Source: Bryobacterales bacterium (GTDB lineage: Bacteria > Acidobacteriota > Terriglobia > Bryobacterales > UBA6623). Taken from it: DNA of 64,000 nucleotides. The translations under genes were made by a program, and so were the position numbers. The notes below the pieces were generated by a model. That model saw only the letters and a list, made by a program, of their open reading frames with translations, ran no database searches and was not told where the DNA came from. The stretch lies in contig OY729428.2 in the NCBI GenBank assembly GCA_963422375.2, positions 960,001 to 1,024,000 of the forward strand, read 5' to 3'. Of the stretch, positions 9,742 to 19,263 are shown in pieces (the stretch's first letter is position 1; every line of letters starts with the position of its first letter).

Positions 9742-10530
9742 TTAGTGAAGATCCTCCGTGGCTCCGCCGTCCACGGCAATGGCGGTGCCTTGGATGTGAC
9801 TGGACACGGGCGAGCAGAGGAAGACCGCCAGTCTCGCGACGTCTTGCGGCGTGCCGAGCCGACGCAAGCCGTGCTTCCTGATCGCCCGGGCCCGGACCTC
9901 ATCGGCGGTCAGCCCCAGCCGGGCGGCGCGGCTCTCGAAGAGTTCCTGCACGCGCTCGGTTTCCGTGAGGCCGGGATGGATCGCGTTGACGTTGACACCG
10001 TCGCGCTTTCCGCGCGCGGCAAGACCCTTGGTGAAGTTCGCCATCGCCGCGTTGACAGCCCCGCCGATCAGGAAATCCGGGTCCGGAGTGCGAGCAAAAC
10101 CGCCGACGATGTTGACGACGGATCCCCCGCGTTCCGCGAGGGCCGGCCAGAACAGCCGGCACAGGCGCACGCAGGAGTAGAACTTCAGCGCGAACCCGTC
10201 CTCCCAGAGCTCGTCCGGCTGCTCGAGGAAATCGCCGCCCCTAGTCGCTCCGGCGCTGTTGGCGAGGATGTCCAAGCCCCCGTAAGCGCCGAACACGGCC
10301 GAGCGGACCGCGGCGCAGCCCTTCGGCAGGCGCAGGTCCGACGCGAGCGACTCGACCCGGCGCCCACTCTCGACGGCGATCTGGCGACAGGCCTCGCTCA
10401 GGCGGGCCTGAGTCCTGGCGACAAGGAAGCAGTCGCAGCCGGACAGCGCCAGTTCCCTAGCTACCGCGCGGCCGATGCCGCGGCTCGCCCCGGTGACTAC
10501 CGCGACCCTTCCTTCCATGCTAAGGGCCAT
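9742..10530 (-). CDS. Short-chain dehydrogenase/reductase
   Basis: VVTGASRGIG, NSAG, VNAIHPG, AIAVDGG. Catalytic YxxxK appears replaced by GGAVN (atypical SDR). Confidence 0.9.
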   Translation of the reverse strand: MALSMEGRVAVVTGASRGIGRAVARELALSGCDCFLVARTQARLSEACRQIAVESGRRVESLASDLRLPKGCAAVRSAVFGAYGGLDILANSAGATRGGDFLEQPDELWEDGFALKFYSCVRLCRLFWPALAERGGSVVNIVGGFARTPDPDFLIGGAVNAAMANFTKGLAARGKRDGVNVNAIHPGLTETERVQELFESRAARLGLTADEVRARAIRKHGLRRLGTPQDVARLAVFLCSPVSSHIQGTAIAVDGGATEDLH

Positions 10531-10622
10531 GCCGGAATGCAAGAGCGTATCATGCATTGCGTGCGCCGGGCGGCGCCCTTGACGACGCGGCCGGGCGCGC
10601 TGGATCCGCCACCGAGGAGACC

Positions 10623-11021
10623 GTGAGCGCGCGCTTGTATCGAGTGGTTGTGCCGGTCGGCAACATCGACGAAGCGGCTGCCTTCTACGGAGCGCTGCTC
10701 GGATCAGCCGGATCGCGCGTCTCGCCGGGGAGGCACTACTTCGACTGCGGCGGCACGATTCTTGCCTGCTACGACCCCGTCCGGGACGGGGACGGCGCGG
10801 GCGACGGCTGGAGGCATCACCCCAACCAGTACCTGTACTTCGCCGTGCCGGACCTGGAGGCCGCCTTCGGGCGAGCGCGAGACCTGCGGTGCCCGGATCT
10901 CGACGAGCGCATCGCCGCCATGCCCTGGGGAGAACGGCTGTTCTACGCTCGCGACCTGTTCGGCAACCCGATCTGCTTCGTGGACGACCGGACGCTATTC
11001 ACGGGCACCGTGCGGCCATGA
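10623..11021 (+). CDS. VOC/glyoxalase-family protein
   Basis: AAAFYGALLG, LYFAVPDLE, MPWGERLFYARDLFGNPICF; GAGGAG RBS before GTG 10623. Confidence 0.85.
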   Translation: MSARLYRVVVPVGNIDEAAAFYGALLGSAGSRVSPGRHYFDCGGTILACYDPVRDGDGAGDGWRHHPNQYLYFAVPDLEAAFGRARDLRCPDLDERIAAMPWGERLFYARDLFGNPICFVDDRTLFTGTVRP

Positions 11022-11126
11022 AGGGTCCCTCGCCCATGCCTCCTGCCGCGGCCGCCCGGCCCGCATCGGACCCGAAGACTGCGAGAATACGCCACCGACC
11101 GCGTCAAGAGCCATTGCTCGAAATCC

Positions 11127-12383
11127 GTGACCGAGGTTGCCGCTGAAGCCTTGCCGGCTTATCTGAATCCGGTGACCGCCACAGTCGCAGTCCAAGAGCG
11201 CGGCTACCGGCGGAAGTCCGAGCACGCCCGGATCGACGCCGTGCCGGGTTGGCTCTGCTGGCTTTGCAACAAGGCTCTGACCCAGAGGAGGCAGACTTGG
11301 GAAGAAGCCAAGCGGAGAGCCACGCATTTGGACCAGTGCAGTCGCCTGCCGGAATTCCGCATGGCAGTGCTGACGATACTTGGCAGTGTCTACGGGAAAG
11401 CGCTCGACGCTACGCTCGCGCGGGTGGACAAGGCGTTCGACGCATTCTTCCGCCGATGCAGGGCCGGCGAGAAGCCGGGCTAGCCGTGCTTCAAGCCCGC
11501 CGGCAGGTTCCGCATGATCGAGCGCTTGCGCCCCCCCACGGCTCTGGGCGCGAGGGGCGGGCGCCAATGTCCTGCGCATCAAAGGGCTACCGAACATCGA
11601 GAACAAGCCACGGCGCGAGCTGCCGGGTCTCAACCCGAAGTTCGTGTGCATCACGTGTACCGGCGCGGGCATCTACGTGGACTTGGTGTTCAATGGCACC
11701 TGCAAGCAGCCGCTGCCGCCGTCCGAGACTGCCATCGGCATCGACCTTGGAGCGACGGAGCAGGTCGCAACGAGCGATGGGGAGCGGATCAGCGGGGTGG
11801 ACGATACGGAACGCCGCAGCACAATCCGGAAGCGGAGCCGGGCGGTCGCTCGCTCGAAGAAGGGCAGCAGGAGGCGCAAGAAGTGCGCGAAGGCACTCTG
11901 CGAGGTGCATCGCAAGCGACATGTATCGAAGCGCAACGCCTGCCATCGCCAGTCCACGCGGCTGGTCCACGAGCACGGCACGATCGTTGCGGAGGAACAG
12001 AACATCGGGAACATGGTTCGATCCGCGAAGGGCACTATCACAGCGCCCGGAACCAACGTCAAGACGAAGCCTGGACTGAATCGCTCGATTCCGGGCCGGT
12101 CATGGGAATTGCTGCTAGGGCAGCTTGCTTACAAGGCAGAACGGGCCGGTCGCAAGTTCAAGCAGGTCTGTCCCGCCTATACGTGGCAGCTGTTCCATCG
12201 ATGCGCCGTAGTGGACACTCGCATCGCAAGGACAAAGGGTACGCGTGCAAGCGCTGCGGCTACTCGGGCGATGCGGACGTCAACGCGGCGATCAAGGTCT
12301 TGCAGGCGCTGACGTCGCCTGCGGCAGCTTCCAACCGCGGACGGGGCCGTAGTGCTTTCGGGAATCGTCGAAGTCAGCCATGA
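11127..12383 (+). pseudogene. tnpB: TnpB (IS200/IS605-family RNA-guided nuclease), inactivated
   Basis: RVDKAFDAFFRR...GEKPG*PCFK (stop at 11481-11483); RuvC-I AIGIDLG...ATSDG; RuvC-II IVAEEQNIGNM; LAYKAE; Zn-finger CKRCGY; RuvC-III DADVNAA. Spread over three frames; no tnpA nearby. Confidence 0.88.
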
Positions 12384-12439
12384 CTCTTGACGCGTTCAGT
12401 AGAGTAAACGGTTGAAAGCGAGCCCAAGAGCTTCCCGCG

Positions 12440-14845
12440 ATGTTCCATCCTGCCGTGTCGAAGGGCGGGCGCGTCGTCCATCCGACGGCGACGGGCGGCC
12501 ATACGGGTCCGGCCGGGGCGGCCCTGCTCGCGCTACTAGTCGCGGCCGCCGCCGGACTCGCCCAGGACGCCGCACCCGGGGGCGCCGCGGCAGCCGCACG
12601 CTCGCTGCTGGACCAATACTGCGTGGCCTGCCACAGCGGCAACGCGGCGAACGCCGGCCTGCGGCTTGACACGGCGGACCTCGACCGAATCGAGCGAGAT
12701 CCCGCGATCTGGGAGGGCGTCGCGCACAAGCTGCGCACGAGCACTATGCCGCCGACCGGCCTGCCCGCGCCTCCCGGACCGGTGCGCCGGGCCTTCCTCG
12801 ACCGGCTGGAGGAGGCACTCGACTCGGCGGCTGCGGCCCGTCCCGATCCGGGCCGCACCCAAGGGCTGCGCCGGCTGAACCGCACCGAATACCGCAACGC
12901 GGTCCGCGACCTCCTAGCGGTCGACATCGACGTGGAGACTCTCCTGCCGCACGACGAGAGCGGCCACGGGTTCGACAACGTGAACGTCGGCGACCTCTCG
13001 CCGACGCTCCTCGACCGGTACATCTCGGCCGCGCAGAAGATCGCGCGGCTGGCCGTCGGCAGCGGCGCCTCGTCGCCCCGGACGCAGATTCTACGCGTGC
13101 GGGCGGACCGGACGCAGGAGCGGCACCTGCCGGGCCTGCCCCTCGGAACGCGCGGCGGGAATGCCTTCGCGGTGACGTTCCCTCGGAGCGGCGAGTACGA
13201 AGTCCGGATCTGGCTCACGCGCAATCGCAACGAGGAGATCGAGGGTCTCGGGCGGGCTCACGACCTGCATCTGCTGCTGGACCGCGAGCTCGTCCATTCG
13301 TTCACCGTCCGGCCGCCGAGAGACCGCCTGGATCACGCGGAAGTCGACAACCACCTGCACGCCCGGCTGCAGGTCGGAGCCGGGCCGCACGAGCTGGCCG
13401 TGACGTTTCCCAAGACCGAGTCGTCGCTGCTGGAGACGATGCGCCAGCCCACGCAGGCGCGCTTCAACATGCACCGGCACCCGCGTACCGCGCCTGCGCT
13501 GTTCCAGGTCTCTGTCACAGGTCCGTTCAAGGTCACGGGCGCGGGCGACACGCCCGCCCGGCGCCGGCTTTTCGCTTGTCGGCCCGCGTCGCAGGCCGAC
13601 GAGGATCGATGCGCCGAACAGGTGCTGTCGACCCTCCTGCGCCGGGCCTACCGCCGCCCGGTCTCGGCGGAGGATTTGGCAGGCCCGCTGGAGTTCTACC
13701 GCAAGGGCCGCGCCGACGGCAGCTTCGACGAGGGCATCGAGAGGGCTCTGGCCTCCGCGCTAGTCAGCCCCGAATTCCTCTTCCGCACGGAGGCCGAACC
13801 CGAGGGGCTCGAGGCGGGCGAGGCCTATCGCATCGGCGCCTTCGAACTGGCCTCTCGGCTGTCGTTCTTTCTCTGGAGCAGCATTCCGGACGACGAGCTG
13901 CTCGACGCCGCCGAGCGAGGGGAGCTAGCGAAGCCGGAGGGACTCGAGCGGCAGGCCCGGCGGATGCTGGGGGACCCGCGCGCGTCAAACCTCGCCTCGA
14001 ATTTCGCCGGGCAGTGGCTCCGCCTGCGAAGCCTGGAGTCGTTCTCGCCGAACGCCCGCCTGTTCCCCGACTTCGACGACAACCTGCGGCAGGCCCTGCG
14101 GCAGGAGACGGAGCGATTCGTGGACAGCGTCCTGCGCGAAGGCCGCAGCGCGCTGGACCTGATCCGAGCGGACTACACGTTCTTGAACGAGAGGCTCGCC
14201 CGGCACTACCGCATCCCCGGCGTCTACGGGACGCGGTTCCGACGGGTGCGGCTCCCGGAGGGCAGCAAGCGCGGCGGCCTGCTGCGGCACGGCAGCGTGC
14301 TGGCCGTCACGTCCTACCCGACCCGAACCTCGCCCGTCCTGCGCGGTACGTGGATCCTCGAGAACCTCTTCGGCGCGCCGCCCCCGCCTCCGCCTCCGAA
14401 CGTGCCGGCCCTCGACAACCCCGTGTCGGCCAAGCTTCCCATGCGCGAGAGGCTGGCCGCGCACAGGGACAACCCCGCTTGCGCGAGCTGCCACATGACG
14501 ATCGATCCGGTGGGCTTCGCGCTGGAGAACTTCGACGCGCTCGGCCGCTGGCGGGACTACGAGGACGGCGCGGCGATCGATCCGACCGGCGGGCTGCCGG
14601 GAAGCGGGCCAGCCGCCGCGGGCCCCGACGGCCTCGAGCGCAGCCTCCTGAACCGGCCGGAGCTCTTCGCGGGCACGCTGACCCGCAAGCTGCTGACGTT
14701 CGCCCTAGGAAGAGGCGTCGAATCCTACGATGAACCGGCAATCCGAGAGATTCTGAGGGCGGCCGAGCCCGGAAAATACCGGTTCTCGGATCTGATCGTC
14801 GGTATCGTGAAGAGCGTACCGTTCAGAATGAGGAATACCGCATGA
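12440..14845 (+). CDS. DUF1592/DUF1588/DUF1587/DUF1595/DUF1585 cytochrome c protein (copy 1)
   Basis: CVACH and CASCH haem motifs; RRLNRTEYRNAVRDLL, LASRLSFFLWSSIPD, RTSPVLRGTWILE, GFALENFDALG. Overlaps the next gene at ATGA. Confidence 0.92.
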   Translation: MFHPAVSKGGRVVHPTATGGHTGPAGAALLALLVAAAAGLAQDAAPGGAAAAARSLLDQYCVACHSGNAANAGLRLDTADLDRIERDPAIWEGVAHKLRTSTMPPTGLPAPPGPVRRAFLDRLEEALDSAAAARPDPGRTQGLRRLNRTEYRNAVRDLLAVDIDVETLLPHDESGHGFDNVNVGDLSPTLLDRYISAAQKIARLAVGSGASSPRTQILRVRADRTQERHLPGLPLGTRGGNAFAVTFPRSGEYEVRIWLTRNRNEEIEGLGRAHDLHLLLDRELVHSFTVRPPRDRLDHAEVDNHLHARLQVGAGPHELAVTFPKTESSLLETMRQPTQARFNMHRHPRTAPALFQVSVTGPFKVTGAGDTPARRRLFACRPASQADEDRCAEQVLSTLLRRAYRRPVSAEDLAGPLEFYRKGRADGSFDEGIERALASALVSPEFLFRTEAEPEGLEAGEAYRIGAFELASRLSFFLWSSIPDDELLDAAERGELAKPEGLERQARRMLGDPRASNLASNFAGQWLRLRSLESFSPNARLFPDFDDNLRQALRQETERFVDSVLREGRSALDLIRADYTFLNERLARHYRIPGVYGTRFRRVRLPEGSKRGGLLRHGSVLAVTSYPTRTSPVLRGTWILENLFGAPPPPPPPNVPALDNPVSAKLPMRERLAAHRDNPACASCHMTIDPVGFALENFDALGRWRDYEDGAAIDPTGGLPGSGPAAAGPDGLERSLLNRPELFAGTLTRKLLTFALGRGVESYDEPAIREILRAAEPGKYRFSDLIVGIVKSVPFRMRNTA

Positions 14846-16185
14846 TCATCACGAAGAAGGCGCTCCCTCGAAGAACGCTGCTGCGCGGGATGGGTGCTTC
14901 CCTGGCCCTGCCCTTGCTGGACGCCATGGTGCCGGCGGCAACGGCTCTGGACAGAACCCCGGCCAAGCCGGTGCCCCGGCTGGGCTTCGTGTTCGTCCCG
15001 ATGGGATGCGACCACTCGCGCTGGACGCCGGCCAGCGGGCCCGAGCTCGGCAGGCTGCCGACCATCCTCGAACCGCTGGAGAGCGTCAAGGAAGACCTCG
15101 TGGTCTTCACGAACTTCGACCTTAAGAACGCCTATCCCGGCACGCACTCGACTTCCAACTCCGGCTTCCTGAGCGCGGCCTTCGCCAAGCACACGGAGAG
15201 CTCCGACTACTATCTCGGCACGACCGTCGACCAGCACGCGGCGCGCGCGCTGGGCAAGGACACGCAGCTGCCTTCGCTCGAGCTGTCGATGGACCTCCTG
15301 CAGACGGTCGGGCAGTGCAACAACGGGTACGCCTGCGTCTACCAGAACAACCTCTCGTGGTCGTCCCCGACCACCCCGCTGCCGTCGGAGGCGCATCCGC
15401 GCATCGTCTTCGAGCGCATCTTCGGCGAGGGCGGGAGCCCGGACGAACGCCGGGCCGCGCTGCAGGCGAGAGCCAGCCTGCTCGACTGGGTCCGGGACGA
15501 CATCGGCCGGCTGATGCGCAAGCTGGGCGAGACGGACCGCCGGCGCGTGGACGGGTACCTATCGAGCATCCGCGAGGTGGAGCGGCAGATCCAGCGGGCC
15601 GAGGCCAGCGCTGCCGACAATCCCCTGCCCGACCTCGACCGCCCGCAGGGCGTGCCCACCGCGTACGCGGACCACGCCCGGCTGATGTTCGACCTGCAGC
15701 GCCTCGCCTTCCAAGGCGATATCACGCGGGTCGTCACGTTCCAGCTGGCGCGCGAGCTGAGCGGCCGCACCTACCCCGAGGTGGGCGTGCCCGACCCGCA
15801 CCATCCCCTGAGCCATCACGGCAACGACCCCGAGAAGGTAGAGAAGATCTCGCGGATCAACCGCTTTCACGTCTCGCTCTTCGCCGAGCACGTGGAGAAG
15901 CTGAAGGCCACGCCGGACGGCGAGGGGTCACTGCTGGACCACAGTGTCCTGCTCTACGGCAGCGGGATGGGCAATCCGAGCAAGCACGACCACGACAACC
16001 TGCCGATCCTCGTGGCCGGCGGGGCGGCCTGCGGCGTGCAAGGCGGCCGACACGTCCGGTACGAGGAAGCAACGCCGCTGGCCAACCTCCACCTGACCCT
16101 GCTGGACCGCGTCGGCGTGTACCTCGACTCGTTCGGCGACAGCAGCGGCAAGATTCACGACCTGTTCCGGAGCGTGCCCGTCTAG
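14842..16185 (+). CDS. DUF1552 (HXXSHH) protein with Tat-like signal (copy 1)
   Basis: PRRTLLRGMGASLALPLLDAM; HHPLSHH; LLDHSVLLYGSGM. Confidence 0.92.
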   Translation: MIITKKALPRRTLLRGMGASLALPLLDAMVPAATALDRTPAKPVPRLGFVFVPMGCDHSRWTPASGPELGRLPTILEPLESVKEDLVVFTNFDLKNAYPGTHSTSNSGFLSAAFAKHTESSDYYLGTTVDQHAARALGKDTQLPSLELSMDLLQTVGQCNNGYACVYQNNLSWSSPTTPLPSEAHPRIVFERIFGEGGSPDERRAALQARASLLDWVRDDIGRLMRKLGETDRRRVDGYLSSIREVERQIQRAEASAADNPLPDLDRPQGVPTAYADHARLMFDLQRLAFQGDITRVVTFQLARELSGRTYPEVGVPDPHHPLSHHGNDPEKVEKISRINRFHVSLFAEHVEKLKATPDGEGSLLDHSVLLYGSGMGNPSKHDHDNLPILVAGGAACGVQGGRHVRYEEATPLANLHLTLLDRVGVYLDSFGDSSGKIHDLFRSVPV

Positions 16186-16231
16186 AGAGGCAGCCGGCAT
16201 CGAGGAGAGGCAACCGAAGGAGGCACGAGCC

Positions 16232-17737
16232 ATGCATCGCGGAGGCGCCCCGGTACTCCTCCTGCTGCTCGCAGGACTGACCGGCCAGTTGGCGACCGCA
16301 AGCCGTCTCGGCTTGGCGGACGCCGCCGAGACCGGCAACGGGGAAGCCTTGCGGTCGTTGCTCGAGGCTGGTGCCGACGCCAACGCGGCGCAGCCCGACG
16401 GCACTACCGCCCTCCACTGGGCCGCCTACCGCAACGACACAGTGATGGCGGAGCTGCTCCTCGAGGCCGGAGCGGACGCGAATGCCGCGAACCGCTACGG
16501 CGTTCCCGCCCTTTCCCTCGCCTGCGCCAATCGCAACGCGGCGCTCGTCCGGCGGCTGCTGGAGGCGGACGCCGATCCCAACGCGGCCCTGCCCGGGGGC
16601 GAGACCGTCCTGATGACGGCGGCGCGAGCCGGGCGCCTGGACGCGGTCCGGGCGCTGCTCGCCGCGGGGGCGGATCCGAACGCGGCGGAGCGAAACGCCC
16701 AGACCGCGATCATGTGGGCGTCGGCCGAAGGCCACGCCCCGGTCGTGGACGCTTTGATCGAGGCCGGCGCGGACTACGGCAAGACGCTGGATTCCGGCTT
16801 CAACGCGCTGTTCTTCGCGGTGCGCGAAGGCCGCCCCGCGGTCCTGCGCTCGCTCATGCGGGCCGGGGTCGAAGTGAATCAGGCCCTCCGGCGGCGGAAC
16901 CGGCCGCGATACCAGGAGGCCCAGAGCGGGATCAGCCCCCTGCTGCTCGCGATCGAGAACGGGCACTTCGAGCTGGCGGTCGCGCTGTTGGAGGGCGGAG
17001 CCGACCCGAACGACGAGCGAACCGGGTACACCCCGCTTCACACGATCACGTGGGTGCGCAAGCCGAAGGTCAGCGACTACGGCAGCGACCCCGCCCCGGA
17101 AGGGTCGGGCAACCTCTCGAGCCTGCAGTTCGTGCGCACGCTCGTGGCGATGGGCGCGGATGTCAACGCGAGGTTGCAGAACGGCAGGCACCAAGCCCCG
17201 AAGGTCAACGTGCGAGGCGCGACGCCGTTCCTGTTCGCGTCCGACAAGGCGGACGTGCCTCTGATGAATGTCCTCCTCGAGCTGGGAGCGGATCCGTTCC
17301 TTCCCAACGCGGAGAACACCACTCCCCTGATGATGGCGGCGGGCCTCGGCACGATGGCGCCGCTCGAAGAGGCGGGGACGGAGGAGGAGGCTCTGGAGGC
17401 GACCGCGGTCCTGCTGGCGCTGGGGGCCGACATCGACGCGGTCGACAACAACGGCGAGACCGCCATGCACGGCTCGGCGTACGGCAGCTTCCCGAGGGTG
17501 ATCCGGCTCCTCGCCGACAGCGGCGCCGACCCGGCCGTCTGGAGCCGCCCGAACAAGCACGGCTGGACGCCGCTGTTCATCGCGGAGGGATACCGCACGG
17601 GCAACTTCAAGCCCATGCCCTTGGCGATCGCCGCGGTCACCGCGGTGATGGCTGAGCACGGGATTCCGACCGACGGTCCGCGTCCCCGACATTTCGACCT
17701 CTACGAACGAGCGGTCGTTCCCGCGAAGGCGCAGTAG
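16232..17737 (+). CDS. Secreted ankyrin-repeat protein
   Basis: Signal peptide followed by about ten ankyrin repeats (GTTALHWAA, GETVLMTAA, GISPLLLA, GATPFLFA, GETAMHG). Confidence 0.9.
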   Translation: MHRGGAPVLLLLLAGLTGQLATASRLGLADAAETGNGEALRSLLEAGADANAAQPDGTTALHWAAYRNDTVMAELLLEAGADANAANRYGVPALSLACANRNAALVRRLLEADADPNAALPGGETVLMTAARAGRLDAVRALLAAGADPNAAERNAQTAIMWASAEGHAPVVDALIEAGADYGKTLDSGFNALFFAVREGRPAVLRSLMRAGVEVNQALRRRNRPRYQEAQSGISPLLLAIENGHFELAVALLEGGADPNDERTGYTPLHTITWVRKPKVSDYGSDPAPEGSGNLSSLQFVRTLVAMGADVNARLQNGRHQAPKVNVRGATPFLFASDKADVPLMNVLLELGADPFLPNAENTTPLMMAAGLGTMAPLEEAGTEEEALEATAVLLALGADIDAVDNNGETAMHGSAYGSFPRVIRLLADSGADPAVWSRPNKHGWTPLFIAEGYRTGNFKPMPLAIAAVTAVMAEHGIPTDGPRPRHFDLYERAVVPAKAQ

Positions 17738-18194
17738 CAGCCCGCAGACGATTCGCCCCGGAAACGCCGCGCGCCTGCGCCAGCCGACGCGGTCGCATCG
17801 CTAGGTGGTCCTGCTGGCCGGGGGCTCGCAGGCCCATGATCCGCACACTCGACAGGCCGTTCGCCTGCCGCTAGGGTCCCCGCAGCCGCCGGCTTGCGAG
17901 GCTGCCAGCGTGCCAGCATCCCGACCGGCGGACCGTCCGTTCGTTGCGCTCGCAAGACCCGGCGCCTCGCTGCCCGGGCACGGGAATCCCCGCGGCTCCC
18001 TCGGTAGCCCACAATGACTCCACTTTCCGGCTCGAACAGGAGATTCCCGACGGTCGAGGCTCGCACCGCGCGGGGCGATCAAGTGCCGGTCGGCGAGAGG
18101 ATTCTTGTCGCCTTCCGGAACGGGCCGCGATCACCGACCCCTTGCCCGTTCAAGTGACTACGCGAGCGACAGGATCGGACGCCGGGCGGCCGAT

Positions 18195-19127
18195 CTAATC
18201 GCCAGTCGCGACGTGTTTCACCACCGCTCCGGTGAGGACGATCTCTCCGTCGCGCTCTTCCAGGCCACCCTCCGGCATCGGTTCGCCATCGTGATCCCGA
18301 AAGAACAGCGGCAGCCCCTCCGAGAAGTTGAGCGGGCGGCCCTTCGGGCTCTGGCGCTGGTGGTGGATGTGGATGTGAGGCTCGCTGGTGTTGCCCGAAT
18401 TCCCGCACTGTCCGAGCGGTGCGCCTTCGATCACCTCGTCCCCGGGCCTCACTGTTACGCTGCCTTCCTTGAAGTGCGCGATCACGAGATAGGTGCCGGT
18501 CTCGAGTTCGAGCACAACCGAGTTGCCGACCGGATTCTCGCGGTCTTGGCTCGACCGGCCCGGTACGTGGTCCGGGGCTCCGTCGGTCGCGATATGCACT
18601 CGTGCCGAGACGGGAGCGACCACCGGAGTGCCGAAGCAGCCGTAATCCTCCAGCCTCTCCGACCCGTGCATCGCGGGCTCGACCAAGAGGTCGTAGGCCC
18701 AGCGCTGATCCGGATACGCCGCGTGGTAGTTGGTCTCCAAGCGGTCGCCGCCCCAGCCAACGCGTAGCGTCTCGTTTGACGGCAGGCGGACCGTGGCCGA
18801 CGGCCGCGCGGTCTCGATGGCGGAGGGGAACCTGACGGGCAGGATTCCCACGCTCCACAGGCCGGGCCAAAGCGCGAGCCCCGCTAGGGCGAAGGTAGCC
18901 TGCATCGATCGGCTGAAGCGTCGCTTCCGAAGGGCATGCACCAAGAGGACGAGCAGGGAGAGGGGAGCCAGAATCTGACCGGCCGTGATCAGGCCGATCC
19001 AGCCGATGACAGCTAGCCAGCCGCCGGACAGGAACAGCGTCCAGAGGGGCGCAAGCACCAGCGCGAGGACTGACGGCAGGATCCACCGCGCGACGGATCT
19101 GAGGCGACCTGCGAGGCGTTCTGCCAC
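18195..19127 (-). CDS. Membrane-bound M23-family metallopeptidase
   Basis: N-terminal TM helices; YDL...FGTPVVAP, GNSVV, IAHFKEGS, GQCGNSGNTSEPHIH. Confidence 0.88.
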   Translation of the reverse strand: MAERLAGRLRSVARWILPSVLALVLAPLWTLFLSGGWLAVIGWIGLITAGQILAPLSLLVLLVHALRKRRFSRSMQATFALAGLALWPGLWSVGILPVRFPSAIETARPSATVRLPSNETLRVGWGGDRLETNYHAAYPDQRWAYDLLVEPAMHGSERLEDYGCFGTPVVAPVSARVHIATDGAPDHVPGRSSQDRENPVGNSVVLELETGTYLVIAHFKEGSVTVRPGDEVIEGAPLGQCGNSGNTSEPHIHIHHQRQSPKGRPLNFSEGLPLFFRDHDGEPMPEGGLEERDGEIVLTGAVVKHVATGD

Positions 19128-19263
19128 AGTAGGCAGGATGATAGCGCCGACTCGTTAAGTCCTTTGCAGGCGAGCACCTTACGGGCGTGCTATTCTGCCA
19201 TCGAGCGTTGCGCGTGGAGGTCTGCCGACAGCGGCGGCAGAAGCAAGGCCAAGGAGTGTAACG

